Below are positions 1 to 9,813 of a stretch of 64,000 nucleotides of DNA, piece by piece. The stretch comes from Bdellovibrionales bacterium (GTDB taxonomy: Bacteria > Bdellovibrionota > Bdellovibrionia > Bdellovibrionales > UBA1609). The DNA is taken from assembly GCA_965199825.1 (NCBI GenBank), contig OZ241329.1, positions 832,001-896,000 on the forward strand. Direction: 5' to 3'. How positions within the stretch are numbered: the stretch's first letter is position 1; the number at the start of each line of letters is the position of its first letter. A model generated the notes under the pieces. The model was not told the origin of the DNA and ran no database searches. It saw nothing but the letters and a program-made list of their open reading frames with translations. The position numbers and the translations under genes were made by a program.

Positions 1-783
1 AGTGCGGTGACCGTTTATGAAATGACCAAAGCTTTTGGGAGCATAGCAAAACTGGGGCAACGGGTGCGTCCAATGCTTGTGCATAAAGTGATGGATAAAA
101 AAGGCAAAACGATATTAGAAAATATCAGTCTTGATGAGCGATTTGAAAATGAAATTGCCAAATCAGAAGATGACTTTGAAAAACGTCGCCTTGCCTATTT
201 GCAGTATAAAAAAGATCCAGCAAAAAGTCCTGTGGCCAAAAAAATGGAAAAAGAACCACCCATTTTTTTTGATGATCCCAATCAGCTGATTAAGCCTCAA
301 ACCGCTTATGTCATCACGACTTTACTTCAAGGTGTGGTCGATGACAAAGCCGGTACTGGCGGTCGAGCGCGCGCGCTCAATCGTCCCGTGGCGGGCAAGA
401 CCGGAAGTACCAGTGGATATTACGACGGTTGGTTTATGGGTTTTACCCCTGATTATGTCACGGGGGTTTGGGTTGGTTTTGATGATGAAAAAAGTATGGG
501 TCGTGGACAAACCGGAGGACACACCGCGCTTCCGATTTGGCTCGAATATATGAAAGCCGCACATAAAGATTTACCCCAGCACTCTTTTCCAGTACCAGAA
601 GGTATCGTGTTCGCAAATATCGACAACCATACCGGTCTGCTCGCTTCGGCTAGTTCTAAAGATGTTGTTCGACAAGCATTTGTTGAAGGTACTGAGCCAG
701 GCTCCCCACAATCACTTGATCAACAAAAACAGACAAAGCCTCAAGAGGAGCAAGACTTTTACAAAGAGGATCTTTCTCAATGA
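1..783 (+). CDS. mrcA: Class A penicillin-binding protein 1A, C-terminal transpeptidase part (5' truncated by window)
   Basis: AGKTGSTS (KTG motif), DGWFMGFTPDYVTGVWVGFD and ALPIW motifs; frame open to the window edge. Confidence 0.85.
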   Translation, partial: SAVTVYEMTKAFGSIAKLGQRVRPMLVHKVMDKKGKTILENISLDERFENEIAKSEDDFEKRRLAYLQYKKDPAKSPVAKKMEKEPPIFFDDPNQLIKPQTAYVITTLLQGVVDDKAGTGGRARALNRPVAGKTGSTSGYYDGWFMGFTPDYVTGVWVGFDDEKSMGRGQTGGHTALPIWLEYMKAAHKDLPQHSFPVPEGIVFANIDNHTGLLASASSKDVVRQAFVEGTEPGSPQSLDQQKQTKPQEEQDFYKEDLSQ

Positions 784-3662
784 TAAAGAGCATCAAGCTC
801 TTAGGTGTTCGGCAAAATAATTTAAAAAATATTGACGTCGAAATTCAGATGAATTCGTTTACTGTGATTTGTGGTCCCAGCGGCTCGGGCAAAAGTTCGC
901 TTGCGTTTGAGACTCTTTATGCCGAAGGCCAACGTCGTTATATCGAAAGCTTGTCGAATTATTCTAAACAATTTTTAAATAAAGCCCCAAAGCCTGACGT
1001 CGAGAAAATTGAAAATATTCCGCCCGCAATTTCGATCGAACAAAAAAATTCGGTCAAGAGTTCGCGATCAACTGTGGGAACCACCACAGAAATTGTTGAT
1101 TATCTCAGATTGGTTTTTGAAAAAGCCGGAAAAGTTTTTTGTCCCATCCATGCCTTGCCGCTGGATCGGGACTCAACAACCTCGGGTGCCGACAAAATGG
1201 TGCGATTGTTTGATGGAGCACGTGGATATTTGCTTGCGCCAGTAAACAAAGATCGCACTCTTCAGGGCAAAAAATTAATGGCCGAAATGATGAAGGATGG
1301 CTTTGCCCGAGTTTATTTGCCCAAAAAAACAAAACCGCAGTGGACGTCTCCTGAGCCATTCACTCTCGAAGACATGGGCACCATTGTTGAGTTGAGCGAG
1401 CTAAAAAAAGAGCCGCCCAAAGATTTGTTCTATATTATTATTGATCGCGCGGTGGTGAAAGCGGATGAGCGGGATCGTTTAGCCGATTCTCTTTCCCAAG
1501 CGTATCATGCCTCTTTAAAATACAATATGCAGTTGATCGCAGGCACTGCGATCTTTTTGACTACCGAAGGTAAACGTCTTTTATTGAGTGATGAGCACTC
1601 CTGCTCGGTCTGTGGCTATAAATTTCCTAATATTACTTCGGCACTTTTTAGTTTCAATAGTCCTGTAGGGGCCTGCCAAACTTGTAATGGGTTTGGAAAT
1701 ATTCTTACCATTGATGAATCTAAGGTGGTTCCGAATCCTAAGCTTCCCTTGAGCAAGGGGGCAATCACTCCTTTTGCAATGCCCTCGGCAGCAGCAGACA
1801 AAAAAGCCCTTTATGCATTTTGCAAAAAAGCAAAAATTGATCTCAACACTCCTTGGGAAGAGTTGCCGCGCGAAGAGCGCGCCCTTATTTGGAATGGCAA
1901 AGATAAATTTTGGGGTGTTAAAGGTCTGTTTGAATATTTAGAAACCAAAAAATATAAAATGCACGTCCGTGTGTTTTTATCCCGCTACAAATCTCCACAC
2001 CTCTGCACAACTTGTAATGGCACTCGATTAAAACCCGAATCCAATCAAGTGGTGGTTGGCGAGCGCAGTATTTCGCAATTGTGCGACTTAACCGTTGATG
2101 ATTTAAGTGATTTTATGACCGCACTCAAACTCGATATTCAATCCGAAACGGTTTGTGTTGAGCCTTTAAGACAAGTCAAATCACGATTACAATTTTTAAA
2201 AGATGTGGGCGTAGGGTATTTGTCGCTCAATCGTCCGACTCGAACTTTATCGGGCGGCGAGTTTCAAAGATTGATTTTGGCAAACCAACTCGGAATGGGT
2301 TTGTCACAAACACTTTATGTTTTGGATGAACCCACCGTTGGATTGCATCCGCGTGACAATGATCGGCTTATTAAAATTTTAAAGGGTTTGCGCTCTTTGG
2401 GCAATACCCTTGTTGTGGTCGAGCATGACCAAGACGTTATTAAGAGCGCCACTCATATTTTAGAAATGGGCCCAGGGTCGGGACATCTTGGTGGCGAGCT
2501 GATTTATTCTGGACCACTCGAAAAGTTTTGGACCTCAGAAAAATCGGTCACGGTCCCCTATCTTTTGAATCATTCAAAAAATGCAACTCGCGAACTTAAA
2601 AGTGTGGATATTCCTTCGCACAAATATGTTTTGAATATCAAAGGGTGCACCGGTCACAATCTTAAAAATATTGATGTGGTGATTCCTCTTCACCGTATGG
2701 TTACGGTCACTGGAGTTTCGGGCTCGGGCAAATCCACTTTGGTGACACACACTCTGTTTCCGGCACTTGCTCGAGAACTTGAAATTGACTATTTGCCTAC
2801 ACAACCCTATCGATCGCTCACAGGCCAAAAACATTTAAAAAATGTTGTGCTGGTTGATCAATCCTCGATTGGCAAAACCGCACGATCTTCACCCGTTACC
2901 TATCTAAAAATCTATGATGCCATTCGGACTTTGATGGCTTCAACCAATGAGGCGCGGGCACTTGCACTCTCGGCTGGTTCGTTCAGTTTAAATATTGAAG
3001 GCGGACGTTGTCCTGCATGTAAAGGTTTGGGCTACGAACTTGTCGACATGGTTTTTATGGATGACATCGAAATCAAGTGTGAAACTTGTGATGGCAAACG
3101 TTTTCGACCAGAAGTTTTGGGCACCACATTTATGGGTAAAAACATAAATGAGATTTTGAATATGACCGTGTTAGAAGCGATGGAATTTTTTGTGTCCTAC
3201 CCTAACATTCGAAAGCCCTTGGTTTTGTTAAAAGAAGTTGGGTTAGAATATATTCGGCTGGGTCAAAGTGCGAGTTCACTCAGTGGTGGCGAATCGCAAA
3301 GATTAAAAATTGCGCGTGAACTTTTAGAGACTCAACAAAAAGACACTCTCTACATTTTGGATGAGCCCACCACCGGACTCCACTTTCGCGAAGTTCATTT
3401 GTTGCTTTCGGTTTTAAACAAACTGATCGAAAATGGCGGAAGCGTTATTTTGATTGAGCATAATCTTGAGGTCATTCGATCTTCTGATTACGTGATCGAT
3501 ATCGGACCCGAGGGTGGGGCACACGGGGGCGAGGTTGTCGCGGTAGGTAGCCCAAATGAAATTACCAAAGCAAAACTCAGCCACACCGGCCGCTATTTAA
3601 AAGAATATTTAGAAAGTGGCAAACGTGCGCCGGAGAAATTAAATCATGAAATACGTCTTTGA
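780..3662 (+). CDS. uvrA: Excinuclease ABC subunit A
   Basis: Two ABC ATPase modules (GPSGSGKSSLAF, GVSGSGKST, LSGGE x2, LDEPT x2), CxxC zinc fingers, EGQRRYIES, FSFNSPVGAC. Confidence 0.96.
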   Translation: MIKSIKLLGVRQNNLKNIDVEIQMNSFTVICGPSGSGKSSLAFETLYAEGQRRYIESLSNYSKQFLNKAPKPDVEKIENIPPAISIEQKNSVKSSRSTVGTTTEIVDYLRLVFEKAGKVFCPIHALPLDRDSTTSGADKMVRLFDGARGYLLAPVNKDRTLQGKKLMAEMMKDGFARVYLPKKTKPQWTSPEPFTLEDMGTIVELSELKKEPPKDLFYIIIDRAVVKADERDRLADSLSQAYHASLKYNMQLIAGTAIFLTTEGKRLLLSDEHSCSVCGYKFPNITSALFSFNSPVGACQTCNGFGNILTIDESKVVPNPKLPLSKGAITPFAMPSAAADKKALYAFCKKAKIDLNTPWEELPREERALIWNGKDKFWGVKGLFEYLETKKYKMHVRVFLSRYKSPHLCTTCNGTRLKPESNQVVVGERSISQLCDLTVDDLSDFMTALKLDIQSETVCVEPLRQVKSRLQFLKDVGVGYLSLNRPTRTLSGGEFQRLILANQLGMGLSQTLYVLDEPTVGLHPRDNDRLIKILKGLRSLGNTLVVVEHDQDVIKSATHILEMGPGSGHLGGELIYSGPLEKFWTSEKSVTVPYLLNHSKNATRELKSVDIPSHKYVLNIKGCTGHNLKNIDVVIPLHRMVTVTGVSGSGKSTLVTHTLFPALARELEIDYLPTQPYRSLTGQKHLKNVVLVDQSSIGKTARSSPVTYLKIYDAIRTLMASTNEARALALSAGSFSLNIEGGRCPACKGLGYELVDMVFMDDIEIKCETCDGKRFRPEVLGTTFMGKNINEILNMTVLEAMEFFVSYPNIRKPLVLLKEVGLEYIRLGQSASSLSGGESQRLKIARELLETQQKDTLYILDEPTTGLHFREVHLLLSVLNKLIENGGSVILIEHNLEVIRSSDYVIDIGPEGGAHGGEVVAVGSPNEITKAKLSHTGRYLKEYLESGKRAPEKLNHEIRL

Positions 3663-5373
3663 TAAGCTGTGGCCCGAACTTCGTCTTCATAAACGAACTT
3701 TGTTTTGGGTGATGCTTGTGGGCGCTTTAACAAGTGCTCTTAAAGCGGTTACACCTGAATTGATTCGCCAGCTGCAAATCGCATGGACCCACGGAGATAG
3801 AGTTCGCGCTTATCAATTGCCATTTGTGGTTGCGTTGGTTTGGTCGATATCGGGTGTGGGTCGATTTTATCATATCGCTTGGATGAAGTTTGCGAGCGAT
3901 CTTGTCGCGGTCAATTTGCGCAGGCGATTGATGAACAAATATTTGTCGCTCAATTTGAGTTTTCATCAAAAATTTGTAAGTGGTTCTGGCGGCCTGATTA
4001 GCCGGATGATTAATGACATCAATGTGATTCAAGGCGGAATTCATAAGGTCGCCGATGTGCTGCGCGAACCTTTTATGGCGGTCTTTGCTTTGGGCTATGT
4101 TGTTTATCTCGACTGGAGACTTACCCTCTTTGTGGGTGCAGCCTCTCCTATTGTGATGACCATTATGAAGAACCTTGCGCGATCTTTAAGAAAGTATGGA
4201 CGCAATCACCAACAAACCATGGAGGATCTCACAAAAACTTTAAAAGAGAGCCTCGACGGAACACGCATCGTGCAGAGTTTTAATTTAGAAAATGAAATGC
4301 GTCGACGGTTTGAGGCCCAATCCGTTGATTACATTAGAAACTCGAGAGCGATTACCATACGAGAAGAAGTCTCTGGTCCAGTTTCTGAAACCCTTGCGGC
4401 CATTACACTTGCTGTGATTTTGGTTTACATCGGAAATCAGATTTTGGCCGGCACACTGACGGTGGGTGATTTTATTGGATTTTCATTTGCGGTGGGGCTC
4501 TTGCAAGATTCTATTAAAAAAATGCAAGATGGTTACATTCGCATCCAACAGGCCTCGGTTGCGCTTGAGCGTCTTTACGCAATCCTTGATGACACCAATA
4601 CGATACCGCTTGCCCAAAATGCAAAATCATTTCCGCTCAACTGGCAGAAAATTGAATTTCGAAATGTTTCGTTTAAATTTGATCAAGAATTGATTTTGAA
4701 GAATATCAATCTGACTGTTCAACGTGGCGAGCTGGTTGCGATTGTTGGTTCAAGCGGTGGGGGCAAGTCTACTCTCGTTAATTTGCTTCCTCGGTTTTTT
4801 GATCCCAGCGAAGGTGAAATCCTTATCGATAATATTCCTATCAAAGATTTGGATTTAACTGAGCTCCGATCAAAAGTGGGCCTTGTTTCACAAGATGTGT
4901 TTTTGTTTGGTGATACCATCGAGCGCAATATTCATGCGGGTGACTTTAGCAAAGAAGGTTCGGGCATCGAGCGTGCGGCAAAACTGGCCAACGCCTCAAC
5001 ATTTATCGCTAAAACTCCTCAAGGTTTTGACACACGCATTGGCGATATGGGTTCGAATTTATCAGGTGGCGAAAAGCAGCGACTGAGCATTGCCCGCGCG
5101 ATTTTTAAAGATGCTCCGATTTTGGTATTGGACGAAGCCACAAGTGCACTTGATTCTGAGTCCGAACGCGAAGTGCAAAAGGGGCTTGATGAATTAATGC
5201 AAGGCCGGACCGCATTTGTGATTGCTCATCGTCTTTCGACAATTGCTAAGGCCACGCGTATTTTGGTTATTCGAAAAGGTGAAATCATTGAGCAAGGATC
5301 GCATCAGCAATTGATCTCCAACAATGGAGAGTACGCTAAATTTTTATCTCTTCAGCAGTCGCCCCAGATTTAG
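3646..5373 (+). CDS. msbA: ABC transporter ATP-binding/permease, MsbA-like lipid A flippase
   Basis: N-terminal TM domain plus GSSGGGKST, LSGGEKQR, LDEATSALD, IAHRLSTI. Confidence 0.8.
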   Translation: MKYVFDKLWPELRLHKRTLFWVMLVGALTSALKAVTPELIRQLQIAWTHGDRVRAYQLPFVVALVWSISGVGRFYHIAWMKFASDLVAVNLRRRLMNKYLSLNLSFHQKFVSGSGGLISRMINDINVIQGGIHKVADVLREPFMAVFALGYVVYLDWRLTLFVGAASPIVMTIMKNLARSLRKYGRNHQQTMEDLTKTLKESLDGTRIVQSFNLENEMRRRFEAQSVDYIRNSRAITIREEVSGPVSETLAAITLAVILVYIGNQILAGTLTVGDFIGFSFAVGLLQDSIKKMQDGYIRIQQASVALERLYAILDDTNTIPLAQNAKSFPLNWQKIEFRNVSFKFDQELILKNINLTVQRGELVAIVGSSGGGKSTLVNLLPRFFDPSEGEILIDNIPIKDLDLTELRSKVGLVSQDVFLFGDTIERNIHAGDFSKEGSGIERAAKLANASTFIAKTPQGFDTRIGDMGSNLSGGEKQRLSIARAIFKDAPILVLDEATSALDSESEREVQKGLDELMQGRTAFVIAHRLSTIAKATRILVIRKGEIIEQGSHQQLISNNGEYAKFLSLQQSPQI

Positions 5374-6527
5374 AGTGATGCAGATACCGAATGCTGCTGT
5401 TTTGTAGGAGCAATGGCGGCTTCGAGATTGGAGATTTTGTGCCAGGTTTTTTCCCAAGATAAATTTTTGAGATGTTGATCCACTCGTTTGAGCCAATGCT
5501 CGCGGTCCTCAGCGGCCATTGCGTTTTTTATACTTTCGATAAATTCATCTGGTCCTTGGGCAATTCCAACCAGTTTGGATTCACCAAAAGCTTCAGCAAC
5601 ATCCGGCAAGGGAGTCGACACCACAGGCTTCGCCGCCGACAAACATTCAAGAATTCTTAAAGGATTAAGGACCTCGGTATTCTCATTGATTTGATAGGGC
5701 AAAATGGCACAGTCCCAATTGGCGAGATAAGCCGGAAGTTCGTCATATTCTTTTTTGCCTAAATAAAAAATATTTTGACGTTTCGGGAGGTGGACACCTT
5801 GAGAGGTGTCGATGGGACCGATAAGCACAAAATTCCATTGTGGTTTTTGACATGCTATTTGATCGATAAGTTTAAAATTGACACGATGATCGAGAATTCC
5901 AAAATATCCTATGCGCACTCCACCGATCCGGGCCTGATCACAAGGATCAGGGAGCACTCGACGGGCAAGACCAAAATGTTGTGGGTCCAAACTACTCGGA
6001 CAAAAGTGCACATTAAAATGAGCCCGCCGTTTTTCTTTATAAAGCGCCCGACTGTTTGTAAGGACCAAATCGCTTTTATTTAGCAGTTGTTGTTCGGCTT
6101 GTTTGTCGATATTTCGGTTGAGTTCCGCTGTGCAGTCATAAATCGTGAGTCGAGGCTTTAAATGGCTACTATAGCTCAAGGCTTCTGGCGTATAGTACCA
6201 AAGAGTAAAATCATTTAAATTTTCTTCTGTGATGAGTTCATCAACCAGTTGGCAAATGTCTTGATTACTCAATTCATTGCGTTCGGCAAGATAGGGAGTT
6301 ACCACGTTCATTCCGCATTCCATTTTGCGCACATGAAGTTGTGAAGAGAGGGTGACTCCGAATATTGGTTTTTCGATAAAAAAGACTCTGCGGTATTTCA
6401 CAAAGCGGGTCATAAGATGTTGTGGTCTTTGGAAGATAAAATTCCAGCGCGTCTCGGAAAAAACAAGGAGATCAGAAATTTCACATGGAGTTAGCAAACT
6501 TGAACCCACTTTCATACAACCCGTCAC
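5370..6527 (-). CDS. Glycosyltransferase (GT-B, family 4-like)
   Basis: RWNFIFQRPQHLM N-terminus, IGYFGILDHRV, NPLRILECLSAAKPVVST. Confidence 0.8.
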   Translation of the reverse strand: MTGCMKVGSSLLTPCEISDLLVFSETRWNFIFQRPQHLMTRFVKYRRVFFIEKPIFGVTLSSQLHVRKMECGMNVVTPYLAERNELSNQDICQLVDELITEENLNDFTLWYYTPEALSYSSHLKPRLTIYDCTAELNRNIDKQAEQQLLNKSDLVLTNSRALYKEKRRAHFNVHFCPSSLDPQHFGLARRVLPDPCDQARIGGVRIGYFGILDHRVNFKLIDQIACQKPQWNFVLIGPIDTSQGVHLPKRQNIFYLGKKEYDELPAYLANWDCAILPYQINENTEVLNPLRILECLSAAKPVVSTPLPDVAEAFGESKLVGIAQGPDEFIESIKNAMAAEDREHWLKRVDQHLKNLSWEKTWHKISNLEAAIAPTKQQHSVSASL

Positions 6528-6594
6528 TCATCGAGATAGCATCTATATCCATTGGAGTTAATTTATTTTGTCGATTGAGTTTGATGAGGTGCCA

Positions 6595-8589
6595 ATGACG
6601 AACTGGACTCGTGGTTTAAATCAAGAACAGCAACAAGCGGTTCTTCACTCCAATGGGCCTTTGCTTATCCTTGCTGGAGCAGGTTCGGGCAAAACCACCG
6701 TGCTCGTTTCACGCACTGGACAACTCATCGAGCATCACAATATTGCTGCCGAAAAAATTTGTGTTCTTACCTTCACAAATAAGGCGTCGCGTGAATTAAA
6801 GGAAAGAGTCGATCTCAAATTGGGTTTACAGAACCTATGGTCTGGAACATTTCATTCGTTTGGACTCCAACTGTTGCGAAGGTTTGCCAAAGTTGCGGGG
6901 CTTCCCTCAAATTTTGGAGTGATCGACCAATCAGATTCGCAAGCGATCATCAAAGACTTACTTTTAGATATTAAAAATTACTCCAAGGATTCATTTAAAA
7001 CCGAAAAATTGATTTCGATGATCAACGAAAAGCGCCAAGGTCTAACTACCTCCATCGAAGTGGATGAGTACGAAGAGATGGCCGTCGTACTTTTGCCAAA
7101 ATACCTGAAGCGTTTAGAGATGCTGGGTGTTTTAGACTTTGAAGCTTTATTGATTGAGCCATTAAAATTGTTTGAGAAACATCCAAAAGTTTTAGATCAA
7201 CTTCAAGATCAATTTTCACATCTGATGGTCGATGAGTTTCAAGACACCAATGCCCTTCAGTTTAGGTTGGTCAAGGCGTTGAGTGCGCGCGAAAATAATC
7301 TGGCGGTGGTTGGTGATGATGATCAATCGATCTATGGATGGCGCGGAGCGTGTGTTTCAAATATTTTAGATTTTCCGAAACATTTTAAAGACTGCAAAGT
7401 GGTTCGTCTCGAGCGCAATTACCGCTCAACTCCTGCAATCTTGAGTGTGGCGAATGCGGTGATTGGCAAAAACGAAAATCGCTACGGTAAGATTTTAAAA
7501 TGCGATCCCCAAGCCCTTGATGGAGATAAACCAGAATTATTTGTATACGAAACCGACGATATCGAAACCGAAGAGGTCACCACCCACATTCAACATTATC
7601 TCACCCAAGGATTTAGCCTTAAAGATATGGCGGTTCTTTACCGCTCAAACGGCCAAGGCGGAATGATTGAAGCTGGTTTGCGCAAAGCCCAAATTGCGTA
7701 CAGCATTACTGGAGGCACTGGACTTTTTGATCGCCGCGAAAGCAAAGACATCTTGGCTTACTTGCGCTGCTCGGTCAGTCCCAACGAAATTGCATTCCGG
7801 CGTATTCTGAATGTGCCCGCTCGTGGAATAGGTGAAGCCACAATTGAGCGGATTAATGTTTTTGCAGAAACTCATGGAATCAAATTTCATATCGCCGCAC
7901 GTGGCTGGAAAAAAGCGGGCGTGGGTGAAAAAATTGGCGGTCAAATCGACCAGCTGTTTTTAACCCTCGACCATATGGCAGCCGAAATCTTATCGGGGCC
8001 CGAGGTCGGTCAACTGTTGGCTAAACAAATGATCAAGATCGGTTACCGAAACCATCTGCAGTTACAAAGTAAACAAAAAGGATCGCTCGAAAAAAAATGG
8101 GCGATTGTCGAAATCGTCGGGCGAATATTAGAGACTTACGTTGAGCGCGGTCAAAGAGATGAAGCCACCTTGCTCAAATTTCTAGATGCAATGGAACTCC
8201 GAGATCTAGATTTAAAAGAAAATAAGGAAGATCGTGTTCAGCTTTTAACTCTGCACGCATGCAAAGGATTAGAATTTCCGGTGGTGATTTTTGTGGGATG
8301 CGAAGAAGATTTAATCCCCCACCGCATTCTGGGCTCCGATGTTTCCGAAGAACGGCGCTTATTTTATGTGGGACTGACCCGGGCGAAAAAACATTTGGTC
8401 CTCACCCGTGCCCAGACTCGCAAACGTTTTGGAAAATGGCAGCCCTGCGCGCCCTCGCGATTTTTATTAGAAATTCCTTCTGAAATGTTAACCGCCTATG
8501 CCTCGGGCTTTCGTCCATTACCCGAGGTCAATCGTAAACAGATGCTTGCAGATTTATTTGCCAAGATTGATCGTAAGGCGCAGTTGTGA
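6595..8589 (+). CDS. UvrD/Rep/PcrA family ATP-dependent DNA helicase
   Basis: LAGAGSGKT, VDEFQDTN, VGDDDQSIYGWRGA, LERNYRST, TLHACKGLEF, EERRLFYVGLTRA; ATG 6595 follows a GAGGT RBS. Confidence 0.93.
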   Translation: MTNWTRGLNQEQQQAVLHSNGPLLILAGAGSGKTTVLVSRTGQLIEHHNIAAEKICVLTFTNKASRELKERVDLKLGLQNLWSGTFHSFGLQLLRRFAKVAGLPSNFGVIDQSDSQAIIKDLLLDIKNYSKDSFKTEKLISMINEKRQGLTTSIEVDEYEEMAVVLLPKYLKRLEMLGVLDFEALLIEPLKLFEKHPKVLDQLQDQFSHLMVDEFQDTNALQFRLVKALSARENNLAVVGDDDQSIYGWRGACVSNILDFPKHFKDCKVVRLERNYRSTPAILSVANAVIGKNENRYGKILKCDPQALDGDKPELFVYETDDIETEEVTTHIQHYLTQGFSLKDMAVLYRSNGQGGMIEAGLRKAQIAYSITGGTGLFDRRESKDILAYLRCSVSPNEIAFRRILNVPARGIGEATIERINVFAETHGIKFHIAARGWKKAGVGEKIGGQIDQLFLTLDHMAAEILSGPEVGQLLAKQMIKIGYRNHLQLQSKQKGSLEKKWAIVEIVGRILETYVERGQRDEATLLKFLDAMELRDLDLKENKEDRVQLLTLHACKGLEFPVVIFVGCEEDLIPHRILGSDVSEERRLFYVGLTRAKKHLVLTRAQTRKRFGKWQPCAPSRFLLEIPSEMLTAYASGFRPLPEVNRKQMLADLFAKIDRKAQL

Positions 8590-8597
8590 TTTTATTT

Positions 8598-9266
8598 TCA
8601 ACCGGTTTTTTCCGCTCTGTGATGGGCACGATGATGTCCGCTGCATAAAAGCGTCAGATTTTGTTCTATGTTTGTGCCGCCTTGTGATCGTGGGATGATA
8701 TGATGAATATCAAGATGACGGCGTTCAGTGCATCTAATGCCGTCTGCATCTTTGAATGTGCATTGACTGTTATGAACTTGATGAAGTTTTCGCTTAAGAG
8801 TGATGGTCAATTTTGTCGTGCCCGCTGATTTCTGATGTATCGGTTTTTTCAACGGATCAAGTTTTTGTTGCAACTCTTCAAGAGCTGCAAGATGAACCTC
8901 ACTGATCGAGGCTGGCCGCTTTAATTTTTGGCTTAAGAGATCTTGTGTCCGTTCAAACATTGCGAATTCTTCTTGGGTCATCGAATAAGAAATCGCAACT
9001 CGTAAAGTGTCGCCCGCTTTTTGATATCGTGCCCGTTCAGGAATTGCTTTTTCGGGTTGGACCTTTGCGATTTTATTTACAATACTTGCCATCTCTTCGG
9101 AAAGTTTTAATTCCTTGGTCGAATATTCAAAAAGCGAACGACAACCGTACTGAGAAAATGTTTTATTTTTCCAAACGAGCCCAAGCGCATTGAGCAATTC
9201 CATTTCAGATTTGCGATGAGTGTCGGCCGCTTTCTTTGCTTCGAAATGAATTTGAGAATGATTCAT
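8598..9266 (-). CDS. HNH endonuclease, copy 1 (222 aa; lacks an internal 54 aa block present in copy 2)
   Basis: C-terminal C..C..HLDIHHIIPRSQGG..NLTLLCSGHH HNH/Zn motif; start moved to ATG 9266 (AGGAGA RBS, aligns with copy 2 start). Confidence 0.85.
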   Translation of the reverse strand: MNHSQIHFEAKKAADTHRKSEMELLNALGLVWKNKTFSQYGCRSLFEYSTKELKLSEEMASIVNKIAKVQPEKAIPERARYQKAGDTLRVAISYSMTQEEFAMFERTQDLLSQKLKRPASISEVHLAALEELQQKLDPLKKPIHQKSAGTTKLTITLKRKLHQVHNSQCTFKDADGIRCTERRHLDIHHIIPRSQGGTNIEQNLTLLCSGHHRAHHRAEKTG

Positions 9267-9501
9267 AAATTTCTCCTGTTTTTGTGAGGAGTGTAACATG
9301 AGTTTTGCGAGTGCGTTTTTATGGATGGCGAAAATCAATATTAGTCGGTCGAATTTCACAGGTGATTTGGCTCTAGCAGCGCTTGGAGAGGTCATCGCAG
9401 CAAAAAAGTAGAAAATGTTTAGTAATCGCGATACAGGTCAAATGAGCGAGCAAAAAAACACGTCAATAAAAATATGATTCGTGGAAGATTTTAATTTGGG
9501 A

Positions 9502-9702
9502 GGCACGACAAAATCTCCGGCGGTTTTAAAATTGAGTTTGATTTAAAAACACTGGGCAACACAACTAAGCTTTTTTGATTCAACGAAGTTTCTAACATTA
9601 CTAGTTTCATCGTTTATAAAAATAATCTGGATTATTTAAGCGGGCACGACAAAATCCCCAATAATCAAAATTAAATGTAATTCTAAATCAACGGGCACGA
9701 TA
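9502..9702 (+). repeat. Three GGCACGA(C/T)A boxes upstream of HNH copy 1
   Basis: GGCACGACAAAATC at 9502-9515 and 9643-9656; AACGGGCACGATA at 9690-9702. Confidence 0.8.
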
Positions 9703-9763
9703 ACTTCAATTATTTCTAGAAATCATAACCCCCCCAACCAAAGTCCTGTTCAACTCTTAGTCT

Positions 9764-9790
9764 TTAAGTTGTCCAACAATTTGACGATAA
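9764..9790 (+). promoter_or_regulatory. Putative sigma28 (FliA) promoter
   Basis: TTAAGTTG-N11-GACGATAA versus consensus TAAAGTTT-N11-GCCGATAA; lies upstream of the AAGGAG RBS of 9814. Confidence 0.55.
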
Positions 9791-9813
9791 GTCAGAAGAA
9801 CAAGGAGACTTAA

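Noticed and set aside
8598..9266. HNH proteins as IscB/Cas9/TnpB relatives or retron effectors
   Set aside because: No PLMP or RuvC motifs seen, the proteins are short with a terminal HNH, and no reverse transcriptase is nearby.
9267..9395. 43 aa N-terminal extension of HNH copy 1 in the ORF track
   Set aside because: The SD and alignment with copy 2 place the start at 9266.
9462..9469. Conserved TTGAC (GTCAA) at 9462 and 44611 as a sigma70 -35 element
   Set aside because: No acceptable -10 element at 16-18 nt in either copy; kept only as a conserved motif.
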